Shown here piece by piece: positions 24,658 through 33,609 of a DNA stretch of 64,000 nt (within the stretch, counting starts at the first letter, position 1; each line of letters opens with the position of its first letter). Position numbers and translations under genes: made by a program. Below the pieces are notes generated by a model that ran no database searches, was not told the DNA's origin, and worked only from the letters and a program-made list of their open reading frames with translations. Source of the stretch: Anaerolineae bacterium (GTDB taxonomy: Bacteria > Chloroflexota > Anaerolineae > B4-G1 > DUEL01); assembly GCA_025060135.1 (NCBI GenBank), contig JANXCY010000013.1, forward strand, positions 2,203 through 66,202, given 5' to 3'.

Positions 24658-26910
24658 ATGGCGATGAATGACCATACGCTCTCCTGGCCCACCGGCCCTG
24701 TCCTTCGGAACGTCGCCGCCCTCGTCCGCTACCGGATCGGCGAGACCTCCTCCACCCTGCGCCTGACCGAACCGAACTGCCCGATCCAGGCTCCCGGCCT
24801 CCAAGCCTTCTGGCGACAGGAACCGGCTCCCAACGGCTACCAGTTCTGGCTGGAACTGACCGCCTCCGGCGAGGCCCCCATCTATCTGGAGACCACGGAC
24901 GTCCTGACGGCTCGGGCCCCCGACCTGGGCGCGCCCCCGGCAACCTGGCGCGTCTATCAAAACGGCTGGCAATCGTGGAGCCCCACCTTCGTCCGCCACC
25001 TGGAGGGCACCCGCTACGCGGACCCGGGCACCCCGGAATACCGCGCTGCCCATCAGCCCCACTGGGAGCCCGACTACGATGGCCTGATTTCCTCTGAATG
25101 GGTGGCCGTCCTCTTCGCCCCACCCGCTACTGCCCTCCTCCTGGGCTTCCTCACCGCGAAGGACCAACTGGCGGAAATCCGCCTGCGCGCCGATGGTTCC
25201 GAACTGACCGCGCGCTGCCACCTGGACAGCGTCCTCCTGGCCCCCGGCGCCTCCCTGCGGACAGAGGTCCTGTGGGTAGCGGCCGGGCCCGACCCCCTGC
25301 GACTGCTGGAAGCGTGGGCGGAGGCCATTGCCCGGGAAATGGGAGCACGGGCCCCTCATCCCACCATCGGCGGCGAAGCCGCCACCGAAGGGGCCAGGGG
25401 GAGAGGGGAGAGCCCCCCCACCGGCTGGTGCACCTGGTACTACTTCTACGGTGAGAATACCGCCGACGATATCCTGGATAACCTGCGCGCCATCGCCAAC
25501 CACCGCCTGCCACTGGACGTCATCCTCATTGACGATGGCTACCAAACGGCCATTGGGGACTGGTTCTCCATCCAAACCGACAAATTCCCCGACGGGATGG
25601 AGCCCGTCGCCGAGGCTGTCCGCGCCGCTGGACACCGGCTGGGCATCTGGACCGCGCCCTTCGGCGCAGCAGCGACGTCTCAACTCTTCGCCACGCATCC
25701 CGATTGGGTCGTGCGGGATGAGAGCGGCGCTCCCGTCGTCGGCTGGGTCCATTGGGGCGTGCCCTGCTACGCCCTGGACTGCACCCATCCGGAAGTCCTG
25801 GCCTGGCTGGAGGAGACCTTCCGGCGGATGCGCCGGGAGTGGGGGGCGACGTTCTTTAAGATAGACTTCCTCTTCGCCGCCGCGCGGCCGGGCCGCCGGT
25901 ACGACCCCACCGCCACCCGTGCGCAGGCCCTGCGGCGAGGCGTGGAGGCCATCCGCAACGCCATCGGAGACGACGCCTTCCTCCTGGGCTGTGGCGCGCC
26001 CCTGGGCCCGTGTATCGGCCTGGTGGACGGCATGCGCATCGGCACCGACGTGGACCCAAACTGGCATCCTATCTTCCGCTACGACCTTTCAGCGGTCTCC
26101 ACCGAGAACGCGCTCCGCAACAGCATCACCCGCGCGCCGTTCCATAACCGCCTCTGGCTCAACGACCCGGATTGCCTCCTGGTCCGCCAGCGGGGCCCGG
26201 ACCTGGACCTGGTCCTTAACGAAGTGCGCACCCTGACCGCTGTCATCGCCCTGCTGGGAGGGCTCACCATCAACTCGGACAACCTGGCCCTCATCCGTCC
26301 GGGACGGCTCAAATATCTCCGGCAGGCGCTCCCGCCCACGGGCATCTCCGCCCGACCGCTGGACCTCTTTGAGCACGAGATGCCCCGCTTGCTCCTCCTG
26401 CCGGTGGAGCGGGATTGGGGCCGCTGGTGGGTAGCGGGAGTCATCAACTGGGAAGACCGTACCGTGGAGACCCCTGTCCGCCTGATCGACCTGGGCCTGC
26501 CCGCCGGGCGTTACCACGTCTTCCACTACTGGCGTCGCCGCTACCTGGGGGTGACGGACGATACAGTGATTCTGCGCCGCCACCAGCCCCACGAGACCGC
26601 CGTCCTGCTCTTGAAACCGGTTTCCGACCGGCCCGACCTGCTGACCACCACCTTTCACGTCTGCCAGGGGGCGGTGGAGGTGGCAGATTGCCGCTGGGAT
26701 GAAACGCACCATCTCCTGTACATTGCACTGGAGAAAGCAGGAGTGCAGTACGGCGAGGTCTGGCTCACGGCGCCGGAACCGTGGGAGACCATAGAGGTCC
26801 GGGTGAACGGCGAACGACACCCCTGGGTCTCTCCGGCCCCGGGTATCCTGCGGATCGGCCTGACCTTGGAAGGGCGCTCGGAAGTTACCGCGAGGTTCCG
26901 GAAACGATGA
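24658..26910 (+). CDS. GH36 alpha-galactosidase (melibiase family).
   Basis: GWCTWYYFYGENT, DVILIDDGYQTAIGDW, KIDFL and GCGAPLGP are GH36 catalytic-core motifs. Confidence 0.8.
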   Translation: MAMNDHTLSWPTGPVLRNVAALVRYRIGETSSTLRLTEPNCPIQAPGLQAFWRQEPAPNGYQFWLELTASGEAPIYLETTDVLTARAPDLGAPPATWRVYQNGWQSWSPTFVRHLEGTRYADPGTPEYRAAHQPHWEPDYDGLISSEWVAVLFAPPATALLLGFLTAKDQLAEIRLRADGSELTARCHLDSVLLAPGASLRTEVLWVAAGPDPLRLLEAWAEAIAREMGARAPHPTIGGEAATEGARGRGESPPTGWCTWYYFYGENTADDILDNLRAIANHRLPLDVILIDDGYQTAIGDWFSIQTDKFPDGMEPVAEAVRAAGHRLGIWTAPFGAAATSQLFATHPDWVVRDESGAPVVGWVHWGVPCYALDCTHPEVLAWLEETFRRMRREWGATFFKIDFLFAAARPGRRYDPTATRAQALRRGVEAIRNAIGDDAFLLGCGAPLGPCIGLVDGMRIGTDVDPNWHPIFRYDLSAVSTENALRNSITRAPFHNRLWLNDPDCLLVRQRGPDLDLVLNEVRTLTAVIALLGGLTINSDNLALIRPGRLKYLRQALPPTGISARPLDLFEHEMPRLLLLPVERDWGRWWVAGVINWEDRTVETPVRLIDLGLPAGRYHVFHYWRRRYLGVTDDTVILRRHQPHETAVLLLKPVSDRPDLLTTTFHVCQGAVEVADCRWDETHHLLYIALEKAGVQYGEVWLTAPEPWETIEVRVNGERHPWVSPAPGILRIGLTLEGRSEVTARFRKR

Positions 26911-27491
26911 AACCCTGGCAGACATCGCTCCCGTCCGCCGTGAGCATCGCTCTGCTGGCAGGCGCGGCCCTGGCGCTGTTCAGCAGTGGCCTCTGCCTGG
27001 GCGCCGGGGTTACCTGGACCCTGATGCACCCGGAGCCCCGTCCGGGGCTCCCCGGTCCCGCCGGGTCTGCCCTGGACCATCCGGCCCGACCGGGTGCTGC
27101 AGTCGTGGCCGGCGACCTGGAGATTCGGGTAACCGGTGCGGTCCGCCCGGCGGATGATACTGTAATGAAAGGCAGCATGCTCAACCCCCGACCGGGTCCG
27201 GGCAACGAAATGATCTTGATCAGCCTCTCCATCACCTGCCGCCCAACAGAAGATAACGATCCCTGCAACCTCATCCCGGCGCTGGATTTTCTTCTGGCCA
27301 GCCCCGCTGGCGTGCACCGGCCAAAGTGGCTGGTTACAGGTCTGCCCAACCTGTTGCCAAGTGGTGAGGTTGCTACCGGAGAAACGGTCCTCGGAGACCT
27401 GGTGTTTGAGGTGGGAAAGGAGGAAACCAGATTGGTCTTGGTGTACACCGAGTCATGGGGCAGCCATACGGCATATCTGGCCGTTCCGTAA
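26907..27491 (+). CDS. Secreted DUF4352-like protein with a signal peptide.
   Basis: The signal peptide is MKPWQTSLPSAVSIALLAGAALALFSSGLCLGA. The remainder is beta-rich (GDLEIRVTG...GDLVFEV). The start overlaps the alpha-galactosidase stop (ATGA). Confidence 0.4.
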   Translation: MKPWQTSLPSAVSIALLAGAALALFSSGLCLGAGVTWTLMHPEPRPGLPGPAGSALDHPARPGAAVVAGDLEIRVTGAVRPADDTVMKGSMLNPRPGPGNEMILISLSITCRPTEDNDPCNLIPALDFLLASPAGVHRPKWLVTGLPNLLPSGEVATGETVLGDLVFEVGKEETRLVLVYTESWGSHTAYLAVP

Positions 27492-27521
27492 TGGTGGGGT
27501 GGTCATTCTGGGAGGTGGGAC

Positions 27522-27920
27522 ATGAAGGCATCTCGTTTACCTGCTTCGCCCGAGCGATACCCCTTAGCTCCTCCTGAGGAGACCAATGTGTTGGTATCGT
27601 GGGCCAAAGAACTGATCCGGCAACTCCGCCTGGCATGGCGGCTGTTCAAAGACCGGCGGGTACCGTGGGGGCTGAAACTGATTCCCCCGGCCGCGCTCAT
27701 CTACATCCTCTCCCCGGTGGACATTCTGCCGGACCTGGGCCTGGGCCTGGGACAACTGGACGACATCGCCATTATCCTTCTTGCCCTGAAACTCTTCATT
27801 GAACTGGCACCCGCAGAGGTCGTCCGAGAGCATCTGCGGGCCCTGGGAGCGAAAATCCGCGAATGGCCGGTAGAGGAACCTGCGCTCGTTGAGGGCGAAT
27901 TTGAAGTCCAAGAGGAATAA
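27522..27920 (+). CDS. DUF1232 (YkvA-like) membrane protein.
   Basis: ALIYILSPVDILPDLGLGLGQLDDIAIILLAL is the DUF1232 signature. Confidence 0.65.
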   Translation: MKASRLPASPERYPLAPPEETNVLVSWAKELIRQLRLAWRLFKDRRVPWGLKLIPPAALIYILSPVDILPDLGLGLGQLDDIAIILLALKLFIELAPAEVVREHLRALGAKIREWPVEEPALVEGEFEVQEE

Positions 27921-27935
27921 ACGGCTCCAACAGCG

Positions 27936-27976
27936 TCAAAAAACTTCACTGCGACGGCTTTGCCGCCGCAGTGAAG
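27936..27976 (-). terminator. Intrinsic terminator of the hsp20 operon (minus strand).
   Basis: CTTCACTGCGACGGC-ttt-GCCGCCGCAGTGAAG forms a stem of about 14 bp. It is followed on the minus strand by TTTTTT. It lies 60 nt downstream of the hsp20 stop. Confidence 0.55.
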
Positions 27977-28035
27977 CCGGACTTCCTGAGAGTTGGGATC
28001 TCGCAGCGGGGCTGGGACGCCCCCCTGCCTTTGTG

Positions 28036-28476
28036 TTACTTTGTTTTGACCTTGATGGTCTTGGGCTTGATCTCTTCCGCCTTGGGCAGCGTGAGGGTGA
28101 GCACGCCGTTCTCAAAAGTTGCCTCCGCCTTTTCCACATCCACCGGCACATTCAGCACCAGGGAGCGGGCGAAGGGACCATAGGGCCGCTCCTGGAAGAG
28201 ATATTCCACGTTGTCCAGCGGCGGTCGCAGTTCCCCCCGGATAGTCAGCGTGTCCCCCTGAATGGAGATGTCCACCTCTTCGGGCAACAACCCGGGGACC
28301 GAAGCGACCACAACGATCTCCTCCGGAGTGGTGTAAACATCCACCGGCAACCGCAGCGGCTCCTCCGGCGTGCCCCGCCGCCACGTGCTCCATGGGCGGA
28401 CAAACGACTCCTCAAACAGGCGGTCCATCGCTTCCCGCAGGCTCATGATTTCCCGAAACGGAGCGAAGAAAGCCAT
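28036..28476 (-). CDS. Hsp20/alpha-crystallin small heat-shock protein (downstream paralog).
   Basis: It has an alpha-crystallin domain (...ATFENGVLTLTLPKAEEIKPKTIKVK). It is 146 aa and about 60% identical to the upstream paralog. Confidence 0.9.
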   Translation of the reverse strand: MAFFAPFREIMSLREAMDRLFEESFVRPWSTWRRGTPEEPLRLPVDVYTTPEEIVVVASVPGLLPEEVDISIQGDTLTIRGELRPPLDNVEYLFQERPYGPFARSLVLNVPVDVEKAEATFENGVLTLTLPKAEEIKPKTIKVKTK

Positions 28477-28542
28477 CGCGCACCTCCTTTTTGTGGATTG
28501 GGAGATGGACCGGCGCCTCCGGGCGCCGGTCCGGCTCGGATT

Positions 28543-28983
28543 CTACTTTTTCGCCTTGATTTTGATGGTCTTGGGTTTGACCTCTTCGGCCTTCGGCAGC
28601 GTCAGGGTCAGCACCCCGTTCTCAAAGACGGCTTCAGCGTCGTCGGCGACGACCTTGGTGGGCAGGAGGAAGGAGCGGCAGAAGGAGCCGTAGTAGCGCT
28701 CGCGTCGGACATAGTGCTCATCCCGAATGTTCTCCTCCCGCTTGATCTCCCCCCGCAGGGTGAGCGTATCGCCAGTAACGCTGATCTCCACATCCTCCGG
28801 TTTCACCCCCGGGAGGGTGGCCTTCACCACCACAGCGTTGTCGGTCTCATACATATCTACGGCCGGACCCTCGGCCCAGCGAGAGAGGGCCCCCCAGGGG
28901 CGAACGAAGGACTCCTCAAAGAGCCGGTTCATCGCCTCCCGCAGGCTGACTAACTCCCGGAATGGCTCCCAGCGCATCAACAT
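28543..28983 (-). CDS. Hsp20/alpha-crystallin small heat-shock protein (upstream paralog).
   Basis: Same architecture (FENGVLTLTLPKAEEVKPKTIKIKAKK). The two copies form a tandem duplication. Confidence 0.9.
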   Translation of the reverse strand: MLMRWEPFRELVSLREAMNRLFEESFVRPWGALSRWAEGPAVDMYETDNAVVVKATLPGVKPEDVEISVTGDTLTLRGEIKREENIRDEHYVRRERYYGSFCRSFLLPTKVVADDAEAVFENGVLTLTLPKAEEVKPKTIKIKAKK

Positions 28984-29204
28984 GGCTCATCACCTCCTTT
29001 GCCCTCAGGGATAGAATTTAGGGAGGCATCCTCTCGGGATGCCTTCTCTCACCAATTGCGCCCTTATCATGCCACAGGCGCGTTAGAATTCCGCAAGAGA
29101 AAAATAAGAAAAGTGATAGAATTAGCAGACAGCGTGAGGGGGTGGAGCCATGCCGCCGGTGCTCTCTTTGGGGAATGAGGGAGGATAAAAATCTGACCCG
29201 GCTT

Positions 29205-29978
29205 TTATTCCCATCTCTTCATGAGGATCAGGCCCAGCAGGAATAGGCCACCCGCAACCAGAAAGGGGATGTACCCTGGATCCGACACCACCAGCAGGGT
29301 TACCATAGGCTGTCCTTCCCGAGCGGTGTACCCGGAGAGAAACACCGCCCGGCCCCCCAGGCTGAGGGGAGCGTTGGGGCGGATGGTCCCTTGCTGGGCC
29401 TCCCGACCATCCACCAGCACCGTGACCGCCACCCGATAGTCAGCGACGCTGCCATCGGGGTAGCGGTCTACGGCGATGCCGTCGTACCGGAGGGCCGGGG
29501 CACCCGGGCCCAGGGAAATGGTACCCCCCGGAGCAAGGGTCTGCTCTTCCCGCCAGCCAAGGCTGCTCAGCGCCAGAGATAGCAGTAGCAACAGAACCGA
29601 GAGGTGGATCATCAGGGTGCCCCAGTGAGGGACCGAACAGCGGTGCAGATGGAGCCGAAAGGCCGGCCAGCGGTTCAGCATACACAGGAGAGTTGCCGTG
29701 GCCAGAAAGGCTAAAACGAGGAGAAAAGGGGCCGAGGTGTACCACCGGAAAAGGCCCACCGCGGCCAGGAGATCAGTAAGGGGGCCGTAGCGGGCGCGTA
29801 CAGCCTCTTCCCAGCGGGCCAGCATCGTCGGGTCGCCCGCCGGACGCTGAGGGAAGCAGGACCCCAGAGCAGCCATCCCCAGGGCCAGCAGGAACAACCC
29901 GGCCACCCCTGTTGGGCGGCCGAAAAATCGGATCAACCTTCGCACCGGCATCCGAAACGGAGAGCCTTCACCGGACAT
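29205..29978 (-). CDS. ResB/Ccs1-like membrane protein with a very short periplasmic domain.
   Basis: The N-terminal TM ends in CFPQ, like ResB GTIFPQ. There is a second TM after a W-rich segment and a C-terminal TM (FLVAGGLFLLGLILMKRW), similar to the ResB C-terminus. No ccsA/resC partner is adjacent. Confidence 0.35.
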   Translation of the reverse strand: MSGEGSPFRMPVRRLIRFFGRPTGVAGLFLLALGMAALGSCFPQRPAGDPTMLARWEEAVRARYGPLTDLLAAVGLFRWYTSAPFLLVLAFLATATLLCMLNRWPAFRLHLHRCSVPHWGTLMIHLSVLLLLLSLALSSLGWREEQTLAPGGTISLGPGAPALRYDGIAVDRYPDGSVADYRVAVTVLVDGREAQQGTIRPNAPLSLGGRAVFLSGYTAREGQPMVTLLVVSDPGYIPFLVAGGLFLLGLILMKRWE

Positions 29979-30217
29979 CGCGCGCAGGAAAGCAGGGGGA
30001 AACCTCGGGACTTCCGCCGTTACCCGTAGCGCAGGCCGCCTGGCCTGTGGATGCAGGCGAACCGCCCGCCCCGCGGACCTAAGAAGTCAGTGCACAACCG
30101 GTTCTTAATCGCCGCAAAGCACCCGTTTCCAGGTGCCCAACGGCGCTCCACCGCGCTCCGTGCCGGATCACGAAATCTTCACGCTATCGTGGGGTTACCG
30201 CGCCAGGCCATCCGTTG

Positions 30218-31147
30218 CTATTCCAGAATTTCCCAGACCACATACAATGGGCGGTTGCGAACTTCGTCGTAGATGCGAGCCAGGTATTCGCCCATGACAC
30301 CCAGGAAGAGGAGTTGCGTGCCGCTGAGGATAAGGGCTACAGTCAACACCACCCCCTGCCCGGCCAGAGGGGCCTGCCCGGTCAGCCGCAGAATCAAGAG
30401 GATCAGTCCCAACAGGACCCCCAGTACCAGCAGGATCGCTCCGAACGTCCAGGCCAGCCGCAGGGGGAGGTCGGAGAAGCCGGTGATAGCATCCAGCGCC
30501 AAACGGAGCATCTTGCGGAAGGGGTATTTGGTCTGCCCGGCAAAGCGGGCATGGCGATGGTAGGGAACACCGATCTGCCGGTAGCCCACCCAGCAGGTCA
30601 TTCCCCGGATAAAGCGGCGGTGCTCCCGCATGCGGCGCATCTCCTCTACCACCCGCCGGTCCAGCAGCCGGAAATCCCCCGCCTCCATCGGGATACGGAT
30701 ATCGGTCAGGGCGGCAATCAGACGGTAGAAGAGGCGAGCGGTAAAGAGTTTGAACCAGGTCTCCCCCTCCCGCTCCGAACGGACACCGTAGACGATATGA
30801 TATCCTTCCCGCCAACGGGCCACCAGTTCGGGGATGACCTCCGGCGGATCCTGGAGGTCGGAGTCTATGGTGACAACCGCGTCGCCCCGGGCATGGTCCA
30901 TCCCGGCCGTGATGGCGATCTGGTGGCCGAAATTGCGGGCCAACCGTACCACCCGCACACGCGAGTCCTGCTGGTGCAGGTCCCGGCAGATCGCGAAACT
31001 CCCATCAGCGCTGCCATCGTCCACCAGCACCAGTTCCCAGGACTCTCCCAGCCCCTCCATCACCGCCTGTACCCGGCGGTAGAACTCGGGGAGGGTTTCC
31101 TCTTCATTGAAGACCGGAGCCACAATGGAGATGCGCGGACTGGCCAT
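30218..31147 (-). CDS. GT2 polyprenol-phosphate glycosyltransferase (DPM1/ArnC/GtrB-like).
   Basis: ISIVAPVFNEEETL, LVLVDDGSADGS and TIDSDLQDPPE give the DxD and GT-A fold motifs. Two C-terminal TM helices are present. This is the typical donor-forming enzyme for GT-C transferases. Confidence 0.8.
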   Translation of the reverse strand: MASPRISIVAPVFNEEETLPEFYRRVQAVMEGLGESWELVLVDDGSADGSFAICRDLHQQDSRVRVVRLARNFGHQIAITAGMDHARGDAVVTIDSDLQDPPEVIPELVARWREGYHIVYGVRSEREGETWFKLFTARLFYRLIAALTDIRIPMEAGDFRLLDRRVVEEMRRMREHRRFIRGMTCWVGYRQIGVPYHRHARFAGQTKYPFRKMLRLALDAITGFSDLPLRLAWTFGAILLVLGVLLGLILLILRLTGQAPLAGQGVVLTVALILSGTQLLFLGVMGEYLARIYDEVRNRPLYVVWEILE

Positions 31148-31171
31148 CTATCACTCCCAGAGACGAGAAGA

Positions 31172-31626
31172 TCACATTTCTCCACAATGGGTGAGAATGC
31201 CGATGCCGGCCTCTTGCGCCTTTTCCTCCACACCGAGGTAGACCCCCATGGCGAACATATCGGGCAAGTAGGGCTTGTCTACGCCGTGAAGACGCAGTTT
31301 TTCCTGGAACGAAGGGTCCCGCAGGCACTTCATCCGGTCGCCCAGTTCCGCCATCCGTAGACGGCCCTGCACCTCTATCCGCAGCCAGTAACGTTTCCCC
31401 TCGGGCATCTCCACCGGCGCGGCCAGGTCCAACTTCCGTCCATCCCGATCGGGGTCGGACGATGAAGGATACGGATGCCCTTCTTCTCCGCCAGCACCCA
31501 CAGAACCTCTTCGGTATCCGTCAACCGATTGCCCATCTGGCGTTGGGCCTCGGCCAGGGCCTGCACTGTCTCCTCCAGCCGCTCCTCCGTCCGGCGCTGG
31601 GCCTCGGCCAGGGCGTTGATCGTCAT
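31172..31626 (-). pseudogene. DUF3782-like gene (coiled-coil N-terminus plus a C-terminal domain) split by a frameshift.
   Basis: ORF 31375..31626 reads MTINALAEAQRRTEERLEETVQALAEAQRQMGNRL..., with a duplicated cgYtgggcctcggccagggc unit. It continues only in another frame (ORF 31172..31681; ...MPEGKRYWLRIEVQG...DMFAMGVYLGVEEKAQEAGIGIL). Together the two resemble Thermus/Chloroflexi DUF3782 proteins. The frames switch between about 31410 and 31480. Confidence 0.4.
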
Positions 31627-31781
31627 CCCGACCTGGCGGACCTCGCCCCACTCGGGGCCTGGACGACTCAGTTCCTGGCAAAGAGCCTCTATTTCTTCTT
31701 AGAAAGCGATCTCACGGACTCGTTCTTCGGTAAGGGTAGAAACCTGCCCACTCAAGACCCATAACGCCACCTCGGTTCCCA

Positions 31782-32708
31782 TTACGTTCCCACCATCAAC
31801 TCCACCAGGATCGCTTTCTGCGCGTGCATGCGGTTTTCCGCCTGGTCCCAGAGGACGGAGTGGGGGCCATCGGCGACGTCGTCGGTGATTTCCTGGCCCC
31901 GGTGCGCGGGCAGACAGTGCATGACGATCACATCGGGTTTGGCCTGAGCGACGAGGGCAGCATTCACCTGGTACGGCGGGAAAACCTTCGCCCGCTGGGC
32001 CGCCTCGGCCTCCTGCCCCATGGAGGTCCAGACATCGGTGTAGATAACGTCGGCCTCGCGGACGGCCTCTGCCGGATCGTGCGTGGCCAGGATATGGCTT
32101 CCACTTTCCATCGCGAACTTCCGGCCCAGTTCCCAGACCCGCGTGGGGAGTTCATAGCCGGGGGGAGTGGCAATCGCGAAGTCCATGCCCAACTTGGTTG
32201 CCCCAAAAAGCAGCGATGTCGCCACGTTGTTGCCGTCTCCGACAAAGGCCAGTTTCTTCCCCCGCAGGTCGCGGCCCTTCTTCTCTATGATGGTCAGAAA
32301 GTCGGCCAGCCCCTGGCAGGGATGGCTGTAGTCGGAGAGGCCGTTAATAACCGGGACCCGGGAGTACTCGGCCAGGGTGAGCAGGTCGGAGTGAGCAAAC
32401 ACGCGGGCCATAATCGCATCTACGTAGCGGGACAGCACCCGGGCAACGTCTGGAATGCTCTCCCGCACGCCCAACTGGATTTCGTTCGGAGATAAATACA
32501 GCGCATGGCCGCCCAGGTGCAGCATGGCCATGTCAAACGATACGCGCGTCCGCAGCGATGGCTTCTGGAAAATCATCCCCAGGGTTTTCCCCCTCAGCAG
32601 CGGGCGGTTACCGCCTCGCTTCCATTCTTCTTTTAGTTCTATGGCCAGGTCCAGGAGGTGCTCCATTTCCTGGGGAGAAAGATCGGCAAGACTGAGGAAA
32701 TGTTTCAT
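31782..32708 (-). CDS. argF: Ornithine carbamoyltransferase.
   Basis: STRTR (SLRTRVSF), HPCQ (HPCQGLAD) and HCLP ([11 protein letters not shown]) motifs are present. The start is taken at [11 protein letters not shown]. Confidence 0.9.
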   Translation of the reverse strand: MKHFLSLADLSPQEMEHLLDLAIELKEEWKRGGNRPLLRGKTLGMIFQKPSLRTRVSFDMAMLHLGGHALYLSPNEIQLGVRESIPDVARVLSRYVDAIMARVFAHSDLLTLAEYSRVPVINGLSDYSHPCQGLADFLTIIEKKGRDLRGKKLAFVGDGNNVATSLLFGATKLGMDFAIATPPGYELPTRVWELGRKFAMESGSHILATHDPAEAVREADVIYTDVWTSMGQEAEAAQRAKVFPPYQVNAALVAQAKPDVIVMHCLPAHRGQEITDDVADGPHSVLWDQAENRMHAQKAILVELMVGT

Positions 32709-32884
32709 CGAAACCTCCTTATCCATCGCAGACCGCAGGGAATAGGTTTCTGTACAGTATACCACACCTTCCGGAGACGGCCAAGTCCCCGTTCCCGCCC
32801 ACAACTTGACAGAACCTATTCTTTATGATAAAACCTCATTCGTAGCCATTCATGGTCGCTGTTCCGCCCGAGAAGGAGAACCCT

Positions 32885-33514
32885 TTGATCCAGATACTAC
32901 TGGTGGTAACCCATAACCCCGGCAAGGCACGGGAGTACCGGGCCCTGTTGGCCCCCCTCCCCGTTCGGGTGTGTTTTCCGCCCGACCTGGGGCTCCAGAT
33001 CAAGGTATCGGAAGACGGCGCGACGTACGTAGAAAATGCCATGCGTAAGGCTCGCGCCGGAGTGGAAGCCTCGGGCTTCCTCTCCCTGGCGGACGATTCC
33101 GGCCTGGAGGTGGACGCGCTGGGCGGCGCTCCGGGGGTTCACTCTGCCCGCTATGCCCCTGGCTCCGATGCCGACCGTGTCGCTACCCTGCTGACCCATC
33201 TGGAAGGTATCCCCTGGGAACGACGCACCGCACGCTTCCGCTGCGTGATCGCCATCGCGACCCCCGGGGGCGAACTTTACTTCACCGAAGGGACCTGCGA
33301 GGGCTTCATCGCCACCGCACCCGCGGGAAGCGGCGGCTTCGGCTACGACCCGATCTTCTACCTACCTGAGTTCGGCTGCACCATGGCTCAACTCCCGCCA
33401 GAGGTGAAGAACCGCATCAGCCACCGAGCACGCGCGGTGGAGGCCGCGCTGCCAATCCTGCGAGAACGGATAGCGCTCGGAAGACCCGAAACTGGCAGTG
33501 GCCATTCTGCTTGA
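32885..33514 (+). CDS. rdgB: dITP/XTP pyrophosphatase (RdgB/Ham1).
   Basis: THNPGKAREY, SGLEVDALGGAPGVHSARY and FGYDPIF are Ham1 motifs. The likely true start is TTG at 32885 (MIQILLV) with AAGGAG 6 nt upstream; the ORF track ATG is at 32852. Confidence 0.8.
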   Translation: MIQILLVVTHNPGKAREYRALLAPLPVRVCFPPDLGLQIKVSEDGATYVENAMRKARAGVEASGFLSLADDSGLEVDALGGAPGVHSARYAPGSDADRVATLLTHLEGIPWERRTARFRCVIAIATPGGELYFTEGTCEGFIATAPAGSGGFGYDPIFYLPEFGCTMAQLPPEVKNRISHRARAVEAALPILRERIALGRPETGSGHSA

Positions 33515-33609
33515 TACCTCAACCGGTGCTGCCGGCTGCAATGCGCGGCAGGATTGGACAAGCCTTCGCAGCGTCTTTGCGCCACCGTGGTTTCCGTCAG
33601 GAGGAATGA

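Noticed and set aside
28984-29200. CIRCE (HrcA) or HAIR (HspR) operators upstream of the hsp20 genes.
   Set aside because: TTAGCAGAC occurs once, at 29121-29129, but it has no inverted partner 9 nt away. There is no CTTGAGT-N7-ACTCAAG. Only the AATTCTA(T)C repeats and hairpins are reported.
33515-33609. A glmS-type ribozyme or other riboswitch upstream of glmM.
   Set aside because: glmS ribozymes precede glmS, not glmM. The 95-nt spacer shows no conserved core and only generic GC hairpins.
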